The translations under genes and the position numbers were made by a program. The notes under the pieces are model-generated. The model searched no databases. It saw only the letters and a list, made by a program, of their open reading frames with translations, and was not told where the DNA came from. DNA of 63,678 nucleotides, counting the filler, from Intoshia linei (taxonomy: Eukaryota > Animalia > Orthonectida), in the NCBI GenBank assembly GCA_001642005.1. It is 6 parts of 6 records of this genome, joined end to end, with 100 filler letters (N's around TTAATTAATTAA, not from the genome) between each part and the next. Parts side by side here need not be neighbours in the genome. Positions count along the whole stretch, not along the records: positions 41,921 to 54,176 come from LWCA01001093.1; positions 54,277 to 62,245 come from LWCA01001500.1; positions 62,346 to 63,678 come from LWCA01002667.1; 3 more parts are not named here. One strand, written 5' to 3'. Of the stretch, positions 49,677 to 63,034 are shown one piece after another. Position 1 is the first letter of the stretch. Each line of letters starts with the position of its first letter.

Positions 49677-52194
49677 TTACTTTGTTTTTTGTATTTGATG
49701 GCGTAACTTTGTACGATTTGCTTTTAGATTATCTAGTTTTGTACTTGTGTTTTCAATCTCTTTTTTCAAATTTGATACAGCATCGTTCCTGGCCTATAAA
49801 AATATGCGATAATTATATTTCACTATTTTAAATGTACATTTTCTTCGTTATCCCATGCTTTTTTTTCTTCAATTTCTTCCTGTAAACGAAGTGCAGCTTC
49901 GTTTATCTAAAGTTTAAATTAAAATTGACAAAATGTTATTTACAACTTTCCCAACCTGAGAGATTTTATTTTTTTTAGTTGCAATGAAAAAATTTAAAAA
50001 AATTTATGCAATTTATCATTGAAACAATATAATTTTAAAATCAATAAATTGGCTCTAATTTCAATACATGTATGGTAAGAATATTTAACAAGGGGCATAT
50101 TTTTTAAATAGAAAAATTAAATGTTTATAAAATTTGCTGACATCTCCCTATAATACAGTCTAAGTCCTTATTAACGGAATTGAAAATTCCGTAACTCCGT
50201 TAATATGGAATTTCCCTCATAGTAACACCCTAGTTAACGGAATTTTTTTAAATAAAAACCATCAAATGGTCATATTTCTTGTTATTATGAGATTTTGACT
50301 AATACATGACAAAGTAATATGCACAAAACATTATCAACGGGTCCACATCAGTTTTTTGGAGTCCATGAAAAATTTTATCAATTTTAAATTATTTACATAT
50401 ACAAAATAAAGTTAAAAATGATATTTTCGCAATGATAGTAATTATTTCTAATTAACGCCATCTAATTTAATATTTATTAAAAATTTGATAAAAAAGTAAT
50501 AAATTGACTTGTAATTAGTACCAAAATAAGTTATTTATGATTCTCTAGAAATAAAATGATTATTAACGAAATTTTTGGTTCATACAAATTCATTACGAAA
50601 AAATAAATAATTAAAAATTCCGTTAATATGGAATTTTTTCGCTAAAATGGAATTACGTTATTTCCAAAATGTACATTTATTATTATTATTTTTATTATTA
50701 CTTTATTTTGGTATTTTAAATCAAATTTAAAAGAAATTTTTAATAATATTACATTTTAAGAAAATTTTAGAAAAGTATAAAGAAATTGGCAACATTTTCT
50801 ATTAATTTAGAATGTAACCATAATTTCCTTCTCCACGATTCAGACACCCATGTGTAGTTTACGAAACACTCTAATTGTATATGAATAGCTAAACTATTAT
50901 ATTTTTATGTAATTAAGTTGAAATGTATCGATTATTGTGGAGTTTCACTCAATCTGGGTTTTTAATCCCAACCCTTCCAGCTAATTTACTCATATTTCAA
51001 ACCCTAAGGATCAAATGCATAATAATCAAATTATCAAATAAAACAACTAATCATCCATAAAGGGTAAGAAACTATAAGACGGATTTTAAGGTCATTTTTA
51101 ATTAAAAACGAAAAAATGTGCATTCCATGATTTATATTAAAATGATCAAACCAGTAAATACAATACCAAGTATTTTTTAATACACAGACTATCCTATTCT
51201 ATTTTAAAATTATAGATCTATAATATTAATATTATTATCTATAATATATTGTTATTTTTAAAAAAAGTGTCAAATTATGTTCAGTAAACCGTTATACGAC
51301 AAGATCGACAAACAATTTATAAACAAATGTAATAATCTACAAAAAATAAGGACTTGATTTGATTATACAATTGAAAACATTATCTTTGATAAATATTAGA
51401 TACGGTAGGAAATAATTAAATAATATGAATACATCATAATTAATCGTTATAAAATATAAAATATTTTGAAGAGATATAAATAGAAACCTCAAATTCTTCA
51501 AAATAATCAGTGTCGCATTCAAATTGATCAAAGTCATTATAGTCATTGATTTGTTTGCTAAACTCTTCTGTTTTATCAATATCGACCCAACATTCCATGG
51601 TGCGTAAAGTGTATAAAAATTTAGATCGCGCGTTCAGTCGTCTCTCATACCTCCTCTGGGTTTGTTTTTCTTTCCTTTCTCGCCTGTCTTTTGATTGAAT
51701 GTCATTTAGAGATGCTAGAATTTTGCAGTTTAAATCTGTATATTTTTCCAACAAGAGCTGCGAAACATCAATGTCGCTGTCAATGTTCTAATTAAAGATA
51801 AAAATATTAAGTTAAATTAAATGAGTCTAACGGTTAATTTTTCTTGCAAATCACAGCTTGTTTGGGTGAGATTAATACATTTTAGTTGATAGTTTTCTTT
51901 TTCCATTTCTTCTTCAGAGTTATGCTGTAGGGTATTAATTATTTAATTAGGCTAATCAATTCTCACCTCATTAATTTTTTCAGGTTCAGATTCATATTCT
52001 TCTTGAGTTTCAACTATATTTGAATATTTTACAATTTTAGCCTGGCTTTTTGGTGGATTAGCATTTTTACGTCGCCGATTTTTCTACATATTTATATATT
52101 AAATTATATTATATTTATATGTATTAATTTACTATACCGGTTTGCCTCTCCTCCGTCGCCCATTTGGTTTATTGGTTTGTAATTCTACTACCAT
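49677..52194 (-). CDS. Orphan coiled-coil protein with basic NLS-like N-terminus, about 6 exons
   Basis: MVVELQTNKPNGRRRRGKP|KNRRRKN..|HNSEEE..|NIDSDID..EEFE|INEAALRLQEE..|ARNDAVSNL..KTK*. All joins are phase-0 GT-AG. Confidence 0.7.
50156..50660 (+). mobile_element. pogo/Tigger-type MITE
   Basis: Starts TA|CAGTCTAAGTCCTTATTAACGGAA with repeated TTCCGTTAATATGGAA motifs. The complementary end is seen at 48714-48737. Confidence 0.65.
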
Positions 52195-52686
52195 ATTAAT
52201 ACCATTTAATTGAATATTTTCCAATAACAAACATTAAATGTCAATGTACAAAAACTAAACCGGTATGCGTTAGATTTTTTGATTTTAAGGATATACTGTA
52301 TATTATACAAATTGTACGCACGTTTGTTTAAAATCTGTTACCATTTAAATGTAGACTAATGTAAACATTACTGACTTAAAAAAGCAGTATATCAAACAAT
52401 GGTTTTCTCTATATTGTATTATCATAATTAACAGACGAAGCGTATATCAACAGAGACAACGATAAAAGCTTTTTAAATTTTTTCCCAAATTTATTTTGTT
52501 GTACATATATCGTAAATCAATAATCCCATTGTTTCACTTTTTTGTCCTCAACGTGCTATCAAAATAGAAAATGGTATTATGAAAATCTATCAATTTAATT
52601 AATTATTTATCAGACTAACTTTAAACGAGGCAAACAAAATAACTATATAGATATACATAGTAATGTTTAATAAGTATAATGTACAA

Positions 52687-53924
52687 TTAAATTATAGCAT
52701 ATTGTTCATACAATAAGTTTCTAATTTTAAAATAACTTTCACAAGCAACACCTTCCATTTCAACTAATCCACGTTCTTTCTAAAATAGTATTGCAATACA
52801 GTAAGGTATTAAAAGTAATGATACCCTTTTCAGCGCAATATTCCCGTTACATATTAACACACCACCGTTAAATTCGGTATGTATTCCAATAGCATTGATG
52901 AGTGTTTTTAAATTTGATAGTTTGGGTGGGTTGATGTACACCGGTTTGTGATCGTGCTTCTAAAACAGATTTGAAAGAATACTCTCCAAATTATTACGCT
53001 TTTCTTTGTAGGTAGTAGGACCGGCAAATCATCTTGATTATCGAGATCAGGCATGTCTAATACAACGTAATAAAAATTTCCATTAAAATTACCTTTATCT
53101 TTATCCTTTTGCGTAACATTCTCTGACTGTAAATCAATAATACCGTCTATCCAAGCTAGGGAATGCTGACCTGCTTGTTTGAAAGTAATGTTGTTGAATA
53201 AAGAATCGCTAATCTTGACCTAAAAGGTTAGAAAATGTTATATCAATTAAAAAAGTTTAAATACCTGGTACATAAATTTATCACTCTGAGCAACATGGAC
53301 AGCATTGGAATTTATGTGATATATGTTTAATAGATCAATATTGTATTTCCCCATAACAAATTCTCTCATTTCCTTTTCAACTTTATTTGAACATCTAACA
53401 AGCACCTAAAAGATTATATACAAAATTAAATATACTTTTTAACAATAGTAAATAAACTAAACAACGTCATTTCATTTAATGCACAACCCAAGAATACTAA
53501 ACCTTAAAATTACCAATAATTGAGGTTTAATGTGTTGCAAAATTCTTTGAATAGATTCTCCGTCCGCACGCCCTTCAAAATCAATATACAAAACATTAGC
53601 TTTAATTTCAATATCAACACTTTCAGTAATTATTTTTGTAGGGATTTTAGGTATAATCGGTTCTATCACTGGTTCAGGAGTTTTTTCAATTTCAATTTCA
53701 TCCTAGGGTTAAATGTATTTAATCTAATTAAAATAATAAAACTTTGGTGTCAACTTCTTTATCAGAATCAAAATTCAAATCAGCTATGCTAACATAAATA
53801 ATAAAATATACAAATAATAATTCAAAAATAAAATTTATTAAAATTACTTAAAAAATTCTCCATAATCATCCCAAGTTACACTTTTACTTTCTTTGTATGG
53901 ATAAAATAAAACTGATCTTTTTGT
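52687..53924 (-). CDS. CPSF2: Cleavage and polyadenylation specificity factor subunit 2, 3' part (8 exons)
   Basis: WDDYGEF, IDFEGRADGESI, LAWIDG, EFNGGVLICNG and EG..CESYFKIRNLLYEQYAII*. The 5' part is missing at the gap. Confidence 0.95.
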
Positions 53925-54748
53925 CTAAATCCATAAAATAATAAATTCATTGTTTATAATTTGTTATTTGACTAATACTAGGGTTAAAAGCAGTACATTT
54001 TTTACTATAAATACACAGTATTCTCTCCACCACTCAATTTCGCCACATTATTATTTATGTAATAAAGAAATATTAACATTTTATTCTATAACTCGCCATT
54101 ACAGTCAACCATCTACTAAATGAACATTTGGGACTCGAATATTTGAGTGTTCATGATTGTAGAAATGGTGAACAAANNNNNNNNNNNNNNNNNNNNNNNN
54201 NNNNNNNNNNNNNNNNNNNNTTAATTAATTAANNNNNNNNNNNNNNNNNNNNNNNNNNNNNNNNNNNNNNNNNNNNTTTTCATTATGGGGATGTGAGCCT
54301 TCAAAATCACTTTATCCACTGATGCATTCAAAAATGTCAAGGATATTATTGTGTTTTTCCAACCTCTTACATGGTTGAAAGTGGATTCAGTTCTGTTAAT
54401 AAAATATTGATTAAAGATAAACAAAATTAATATTTGTCAAAGAGAAGATATGGTTATAAAATTAACCAGAATAAAACCAAGAATTAAACAGTTGCCACTC
54501 AATAACCAGGCGCAAGGATCACATAAAAATAAATAAAACATTTTTATCAATTTTTTTTTATAATTTACCTATTATATGTCCTACATTAATTGTGTTTTTT
54601 TTAATTTATACTTAATATTATTAACCTTTTTTTCCATTATTGATTTTATAAAAATTCTAGTTTATTTTATGATGTGGGCGTTGATTTATAAAGGTTGAGA
54701 ACCCTGTTCTATACTATACACAGCAATTTCACTTCACACGTCTGTGTA

Positions 54749-56546
54749 TTAGGGCTGTTCGTTTTTTACAAAAATTGATTTTTGTTGAAAATACCCTATA
54801 CCACGCTGAAGAGGGTACTTAAAAACCCCTAAAAAATATATTTTTAGAAAAATTTACCGTAAAAACATTAAGGTGTTTTTCTTTTAAATATTTTTGCGCG
54901 CTTTTTCCTCTTTTTCTTAATTGGCGCCAATGATTTTATTTTAAACATGGATACGATTAATGTACGACCCACTAAGACATATACCATTTGGAGAGAGAAA
55001 AAATTAAATAATTAACCTCACAGGGCGTTTTTTCATAAAAAGGGGTTTTTGTAATATTGGTCAAATATAAAAATTCCAAAATTTATAATTACCAAAAATT
55101 TATTTTAACTGTGAAAACTTGAGTGTGTTATAATGAAATTCAGTTATTTACGTTTTAAATACATTTTAATGATACATTTGCAGATTCGTGACAGGTGAGT
55201 GTAGTTTTTTTGGTAGTATTAGTTTCTGCGTTTTAATTAATTAAAATGACAAAAAATAATGATTAATCATGGAAACAATTATTTTTATAAATTAAAATAA
55301 ATATTGGCGACGATTCATTATACACTATTTATAATGAATTTATTCCTAAATTTAATTCGGTATCATCAAATTAGATTTTATTACATAATAGATGACAATA
55401 AAGATAATTTGACAACAGTTTTATTGGATTTAAAAGCAAAAATTTTATTTTCCTAAATATTTATTTTATTGAAATTTGCAAATAATTTTGCTTCTATATC
55501 TACAATGTTACGGTCTACAAATTTTTTTATATACCCAAGAGATCTTTCACAAAGTTCATTGGTAACATCTACATTAAGTGGATAAGGAAGTAACATGTCA
55601 TTTCGATTGAAACACTCTAAAGTTTTACCTTCTAATATTAGAGATAACTTTTGAATTTTATGTTTTTCTTATACAAGTGAACCAGGCAGGAGCCCAGTCA
55701 TTTATAATGAATTTACATGCATCAACGACGGTATCACTTCTGTCAGCACTTAATAAATAATATTTTAACAAATAATTGGCTTTATTATTCCATAGAGCAT
55801 TTGATAAAGGTCCCAATTTACGTATAGAGATAATAGGATACATCCCAGTAGTCATGAGATATTTAACTGCTTCGCATAGACGGATAACTCTGAATAATCA
55901 TTTCTAGCATTTCTTGGGTATTTGATGTAAATGCCAACTCTGCAATAATTTGATAACCATTGTATAAAATTTACTTTAAGAGTGTTAACGAAAAAGAAGG
56001 ATATATTGGGCCCAATGCTATGAGTTGGAAATTTTATAATAATTATAGGATTTTAAATAATTTTAAATCTTATATTTGTTTATTTTTTGTTAACAGTGCT
56101 AATCGTGTAATTTTAACAATTGTCTGGTTTTATTTAGTTTGTGCAATGGACAATGTCTATTTATATTTGTCATTGTTTTTCGTTAATTATATTAATCATT
56201 TTATTTCAGTAATATGTAAGTGAGGCTCGATATGCATGCAGACTGATAATATGTAAAATTATGTTGTTTAAAGTTCAATATAAAACTAAAATTTTTAACT
56301 GTAAAAAATAATCTGAAATTTAGTTTATAAATATATAATATATGTAACCAAATGAATTATAATATTACGCTAGTTACCGACTAATTGTTTAAAAATAAAC
56401 ATTACCTATTATATAGTATTTAAAAGTTATTAATTGAATTCCGCTTAATGTTTTTTGAGAATTGAGAATTTTTAATAACGGCATATTATTTTTCACATAT
56501 CTAAGCATACCTTCTGCTCATGTGCTTTTTTTTTGAATAGCCCTAA
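54749..56546 (-). mobile_element. Decayed DNA transposon with TTAGGGCT termini (hATm-like)
   Basis: Inverted ends TTAGGGCTGTTC / TTAGGGCTATTC. Internal remnant KLGPLSNALWNNKANYLLK..FI..WAPAWF and VTNELCERSL. No TSD seen and the family assignment is tentative. Confidence 0.55.
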
Positions 56547-57349
56547 TGAACATATCAAAATTTGCCCTAGTTAAAAAATAATCGCCCTAATTATAATACA
56601 TATTAAAATAATACATTTATTGTATTGTTATTTTAAATATTTTTAAAAAAAATTTCGAGACCGGTAACATTATTTCACAGATCAGTAATAGTGCGAGGAC
56701 CGAAATTTGGGAGCCGCTGAATTAAAATACAAATTCAACAATTATAAAAGAATTAATAAACAATTAAATTAACGGATATCTATTCATAGCATAATATAAA
56801 ATCTCATGGGGTTTGACGTCAGTTGAATTACGGAAAACTGTATTAAGTGAGAATTATGACACTATATATTATTACAAGTGAAATTAGTCTTTTGATATAA
56901 AGAAAACATTATAATTTTAATTAATTTGAGATTGAACAATATTGTAATTCAATTTCTTGAGACACTTAAATTTCTTCTTAAGTATACATGACATGTATTA
57001 CATGTTTTTATTTAATTTTAAATATATAAACAATAAATATTTATAAATTGAAAAATAACTGTAATGGATTCGCCAAATTTCAAAAGACTGGCAGCCATTG
57101 ACATGAGCACTGCTAATTAAGAATTATATAGATATAGTTTCTGGTATGATTATCCCTATTAATCGAATAAGTTTAATTTAAACTGTTTTTAAATTTGATC
57201 AATTTTTTTTATTACGAAATTTGTTATGTAGCCTGCATATAACTATTGGTTGTAATTTTTAAAAAATTTCAAGACTATTAAATTTTTCACCTTTCAAAAA
57301 AAGGTAATTAAGGTTTTTAACTGTAAAGATGCAAATTTCTGTGTTTGAT

Positions 57350-57470
57350 AGCTATCTACACATCTGTACACTATACACTTTATAGTATATATCTGTATAG
57401 TATCTTACTTTAGTTATCTACTATGCATCTATTATACTATCTTACATAGTTATCTTACTTTATCTTACGG
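57350..57470. repeat. Degenerate TATCT(T)AC low-complexity repeat
   Basis: Many TATCTAC / TATCTTAC / ATCTGTA variants in 120 bp. Confidence 0.6.
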
Positions 57471-57710
57471 AAAAATCGATTCAGCATTTTTAAATTTCTG
57501 GGATTGTCATATTTCTAAATTAATGTTAAATAATAAATAAACACACAGACACACATTCAATTTAATTAAAATTAAAGATATTGAGTTGTTACTGTCAGTT
57601 GCTAAAAATATATTATTATTTTAGATTAAACAAAAACTTTATTTTATATTTTACTTTTCGAATATAATAAATAGTAATAATTATTTTACTATATACAAAA
57701 TTTCAATTTG

Positions 57711-60252
57711 ATGGATACCTATAAAAAAAGAAATAGAATTTTAAAAAACGAGCAAGACGTTTTCAAAGAAAATTCATGGTATTTTACATCTAGAAAATTA
57801 AACTATAACGATAACTATATAACCAGACTTTTAATGGTTTTTTTAAAAGTTTGGTATAAATCGAATTTAAATTTTTAATTTTACTAAAAACCTCAATTTT
57901 CAAAAACATTATTAACCCACTGTGGGAAATATTGAATTAAAAAATGTGATGTATTTGCAGTATAATTATTTTTACCAATTTGAATTTCAAAGGGATAACA
58001 CTGAATGGGACGAGGAACAATTGAATTCTGCTAAAAATATGGTTCAATCAAACTCACAGTTTCTTATATCTCAAAATTTGTGCGGTATTTTATTTCATCA
58101 TTGTTTCAATTTTTTATGATCTTTTCGTTTCCTATATTTATAGTGGGTTCAGATTAATCTGATTAATTTTTCTAGTGCAGTCCGATTTTACAAAATATTC
58201 GACGTGAAATTAATTTGAACACGATGGTGTTAATATCTTAATGCTCAACGATTTAAAAACAGTTTGAGAAGTTCAATTCCACTCGAATCGATCATGTTGA
58301 TGTTTTAATCTTATATTGATAGAACTATATAAAAATGAGGGAAATGAATATTGGAACAAATTCTATATGAAACACGGTGTTAATTTTTTTCAAAACAGAA
58401 ATTGGCTGCTTGATGAATTTGAAGAATTGAGAATTTGTCATAATGCTAATCAAGATGCAAGAATCTTTGAAGTACTTTTATTACCTTTTAAATTACAATT
58501 TAATCAACTTCAAAGTATGATTAAGATACTTTAATTTACAATTTGCATTATATATCAATATTTATATTAATAGTTTGGATGTGGTGTTGGGAATACAATT
58601 TTACCACTCGTCAGTGAATACATCAAGTCCAAGTAAAAATATATTCATAAACAAATTTTGTTTAGTAAGCCTATAACTACCAGCGAAGGTGATTTTAACC
58701 ACACTTTTTTGATTAATTTTTACTAAATTATGTTAAAAAAATATATGAATACCAAAATGCTTTTTTTACCGTGAAGGCGTTACTTATTTAGATTGAAATT
58801 TTTTTAAATTCTATGGCTGTTTTCATTAAAAAAAAAATAATAATTTGGGGTTTTGGCTCTGAAGATATATTTTTTTTAAATTCTCGAACTCGTTTGATTT
58901 TAAAAAAAAAGGACAATTGGGATTTTTGACCCGTAAGATGCTAAAGTTTGGGAGGTTGAAATTTATTTTGATAACACACTTGGAAAACTGTAATTGAAAT
59001 GTGGACTTTATAAAATTCTGAGACTGGTAGTTATTGAAATAAACGGTAACACACATAAATATTGCATGATATGTTATATAAGTAAGGATTATTTATTTAT
59101 TATATTATTTCACCGCTGGTAATTATAGGGTTAAGTTTTATTATTGTAAATGCCAATTTAAGTTTGGCCTCAAAAATTGAATTTTATGCATCTGATTATT
59201 CCAGTGTAGCTATTGAACATTTAAAGGTAAATAGGCAATTTTTATACAATTTAAAATTATTTATAGAAAAATAATAAATATAACCAGACCCATTTAAAAA
59301 CATTTGTTTATGATATGACGTCTACTGAAGAAATTTTATCTGTCGAATTCAATTCAATGGATATTATAATAATTATTTTTGTATTATCATCTATTGAACC
59401 AAAAAAGTAAATTTTATAAAGTTTGAAATGTATTTTCACTATTATTAGTGCAATGATTTATGATTTAGACATAAAATTGCTATAACAAATGCTGTAAAAT
59501 ATTTAAAAAAGGGCGGTGTATTGTTGTTTCGTGATTATGGTCGTTATGATTTGGCGCAGTTACGATTTAAGCCAGGTATAAACGTTTGGTAAAATTTATA
59601 TATATAATTTAATTTAGGAACTTGCATTGAGGATAATTTTTACGTTCGAGGCGATGGAACAACTGTTTATTTTTTTACCAAAGGTTTTTATTTATTTTTT
59701 TTAAATATTTGAATACATGTATTTGTTTTTTTGTTGATGAAATTACTTATTTGCTACAGACTATTTTTAAGAATCATACTGTCCATTAATCACTAGAACA
59801 GAGTTTCTTAACGGGCTAATAGCACCCGTAGGGGTGCTATTAAAAAATTTAAATTAATTATATTGTCAAATTGGAATAATTTATTTTTTACAGGAGTGCT
59901 GGAAATAATTGATCAGCCTAACGGGGTTCTAAATTTTAAAAATGTTTTTTTCTAGTTTTTAGTAAAAATTAATTATAATTGAATTTTTATTATTATTTTT
60001 TATTGCGGGACCAGTATTTTGTTGAGTGAAAGCGGAACTGGAATCAATAATGTTGGGGAAAAAGTGATTTCGATTCGCTCATTTATTGATGCATTCAAAT
60101 TAACCTTATTTTTAGAGGACGTTGAAAATATTTTCAAGGAATGTGGTTTAGTTAAAAAATCTCTAATTTATGATAAACGACTCAATGTTAACCGACAGCG
60201 AAAATTAAAAATGTACAGAGTGTGGATTATTGGTACTTATCAAAAAATTTAA
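57711..60252 (+). CDS. METTL2: tRNA N3-methylcytidine methyltransferase (METTL2/Trm140), 9 exons
   Basis: VFKENSW|[28 protein letters not shown]|[34 protein letters not shown] and [14 protein letters not shown]. Confidence 0.95.
58740..59088 (-). mobile_element. Helitron subtype A 5' part in a METTL2 intron
   Basis: Minus strand starts A|TCCTTACTTATATAAC. The body matches 27200-27570. Confidence 0.85.
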
Positions 60253-60685
60253 TGTTGACTCTATTTCAGCATAAAATATTTGCAATGTAAAAATTTTTAA
60301 TTTTTGTAAATACAATTTCAAAGTATTAAGTTATTGGTCTCGCGGATAATATGCATGTTGGTACAAACAGCGACTATCGGTTGTATTTTACCGTGACACG
60401 GATTTTCACTTTCGAAACAAATAAATTGGTCTGAATGTAAAAAAATACAGTGAGTGTTTGTGAGTTGTGTACTAAAAAAATTAGAAAAATTTTAAGAATA
60501 AGATATACTTGTACCGCCGTTATATATTCATTTGTTCAATATTAAAATTTATAGTAATTGATTAAACAGTAAGACTTGTTAGAGACATGGAAGATAACAA
60601 TATAACAACTGAGAAATTATTTTATTTACACTACAAATGACTTGAAAATATAATTAAACTTTGAAAATTCAAAAAATTAAACGTT

Positions 60686-61238
60686 TTAATGAGGCACAAT
60701 ATTCATTAGATATATAGCAAAATCAATTGAGTTTTGATCATGGCAAATTTTCTTTAAAAAGTAAATCAGAGACATTTCCAAATCTTTCTTTAAAATCTAA
60801 TATAAATATGTACATGTGTCTATAATAATGTTATACTAGAAACATTTCTTTTCCACCGGCCGCTTTTTCATATTCCATACATTCAAAGTAATGTCTACAC
60901 ATTCCAGGTTGGCCTATTTTCAGTATGCTGATAGAATCGATATACACTACATCCATGCTATGTGCTGCAAATAATTTCATGTCCATATCTTTTTTCATTT
61001 CAAATTTAAATTTTTTATAAATATTTTTATAATCATCACTAACCCTTAAATGCATCATTAAGCTATTTATCCATTCTTTCTTGTTTTCTTTCAACACGTT
61101 TATTAAAAGATCAATGTCCTTATTTGTCGGAATAGGATAGAAATGCACCTCAGTTCCATTGCACATCATTGTATTGTAGCCAAATTCATATGTGATTACT
61201 TTTAATATAAAAGATAATAGCAATATCTTTTTAAACAT
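60686..61238 (-). CDS. Orphan putative secreted protein, 2 exons
   Basis: Signal-peptide-like MFKKILLLSFILKVITY. A short intron after ..EMFL continues as ILKKDLEMSL..IVPH*. Confidence 0.65.
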
Positions 61239-61699
61239 TTGATTACTTTTAATTTATAAATGATACAAATTTAAAAAAGTTTGTTGTGATTTTATAAATG
61301 TTCGCTTTGATTTGATATTTGTTGAACCTGTTTTAAATTTTCAATCGTGGTTTCGTTTATTCAATACGTGTAGTTTAATTTATAGTCAATTTTGATAATT
61401 TTTATGTATGAATGATACACAATTGTAAACCAGTTTATTCACCATTCATAGGTTTCCCTTTTATACTTTTTACTAACTTTCTATTTATATAAGTTGAGAG
61501 GCCAAAAATTGAATCTAGAAAATTAGCAGGCTTTACAATAATTTTTTTTGAAACGCATTTACTGTATTTGTATAATTCAGAAACTATCAAACTCATATTT
61601 ACAGTGGATCTTTAAAAAAAATTATTTCTGGAATATTGTAGTCTTGGATTGAATGACGTAATTGGTTTTTACCTTAACTTGGCATTATTGGGATAATAA

Positions 61700-62245
61700 A
61701 TAATATTATATGGTGTATATAAAATTCAAATAATATATTTTTGTGAGATGAAAAAGCTCAAGTAAAGGCTCCAGACAAGTCTCAAAAAATGCTACAAAAG
61801 GTGTAGGTGTAAAATTGTTGACCTGATTAAATATACCACTCAATAAGTTGCATTCTGAAGACATGAAGCTATTTTTTGAGGCATATAACGAAAAACTTCC
61901 ATCTGTTACAAAATGTCGACAAATTGTTACTGATTTGGCAGATAGACGGCTATGCGACATTAAGAAAAAACTTGAATATAAACAAGTCTTTCTTTTAACG
62001 GATGAAAGTGATATTGTTGGAGAAAAATATATCAATATTTTGATGGAAACATTGGATGAACCCCATACAACATATTTAGTTGGGTTGAGACACATATCAG
62101 TATCTCCAAATGCTACAATGATAGCACAGATTATTGATGATACCATAAAGGATATGAATATAAAAAGAGAAAATTTTATCCTTTTATTAATGGATGCTGC
62201 TAGATACATGACCTGTGCGTCTCGTTACCTGAAACCAATGTACAA
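61700..62245 (+). pseudogene. hAT-family (DUF659/CGGBP-related) transposase fragment, cut by the gap
   Basis: VFLLTDESDIVGEKYINIL and LLLMDAARYM..A..LK..Y motifs. Confidence 0.8.
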
Positions 62246-62499
62246 NNNNNNNNNNNNNNNNNNNNNNNNNNNNNNNNNNNNNNNNNNNNTTAATTAATTA
62301 ANNNNNNNNNNNNNNNNNNNNNNNNNNNNNNNNNNNNNNNNNNNNATCATCTAATATTCCCTGACAGGTTCTGTAGGACAATTTGAATTTGGTACATAGA
62401 TTTGATGACAAACTTTTAATATCTTTATATTGCAGCTTACCTTTATAAATATTTGTATTTGAATCCTATTCAAAGTGCATTTTATCGTATACTCCACTT

Positions 62500-63034
62500 T
62501 CTCTCTCCATTTGAGTTTCATTTATAATTTTTATATTCTTAAATCTTTTAGGTATATACGGGTGAATTTTTGTGGATGGACCAGCGATACATCCAATATT
62601 TTTTTTTGGTTTTTTAGGAACAGTAAATCTTCGTTTAGTGCTTTTGATTGATCACTTCTATAACAATAAAATAGTGGAGATATAGTATTAATAAAATCGT
62701 TACATTGTGGAGTATTTTTCTTTCTAGAGGCTATTTAATATTCACTATATAACTTTCTTAACTTGTCTTCCATCTTCTTTCTTCCAATAATGTTTAACCC
62801 AGTTTTAATATATATTTCACTCAATTCACCACTAATTATTCTGAAAACGAATACTTTTTTACTTTGTTTCAAACATAATATTCTTCGAAGAACATCTTTT
62901 CTTGAGAGTATTTTATTTAGGTTCAAATCATAATCAAAATAATGACCAACAGCAATGTCCAATTGACTAGAAGTTATATTGAATAAAATAAAAGTATTAT
63001 AAAATGTAAATAAAATAATTAATTGTATACGCAT
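62500..63034 (-). pseudogene. Probable transposon-protein N-terminal remnant
   Basis: DVLRRI..ELSEIYIK.G..I..KL.KLY.EY pattern seen in DNA-transposon ORFs, followed by stops. Confidence 0.35.

Noticed and set aside
60335-60440. Relatively GC-rich patch with a CCGTGACACGG hairpin, possible ncRNA
   Set aside because: No recognisable snRNA, snoRNA or tRNA motifs. An Rfam search would be needed.
34731-62345. Apparent clustering of RNA-processing genes (KH, CPSF2, METTL2, MNAT1) across the window
   Set aside because: The genes lie on different segments. LAP, MNAT1 and CPSF2 do not continue across the gaps, so adjacency is not trustworthy.
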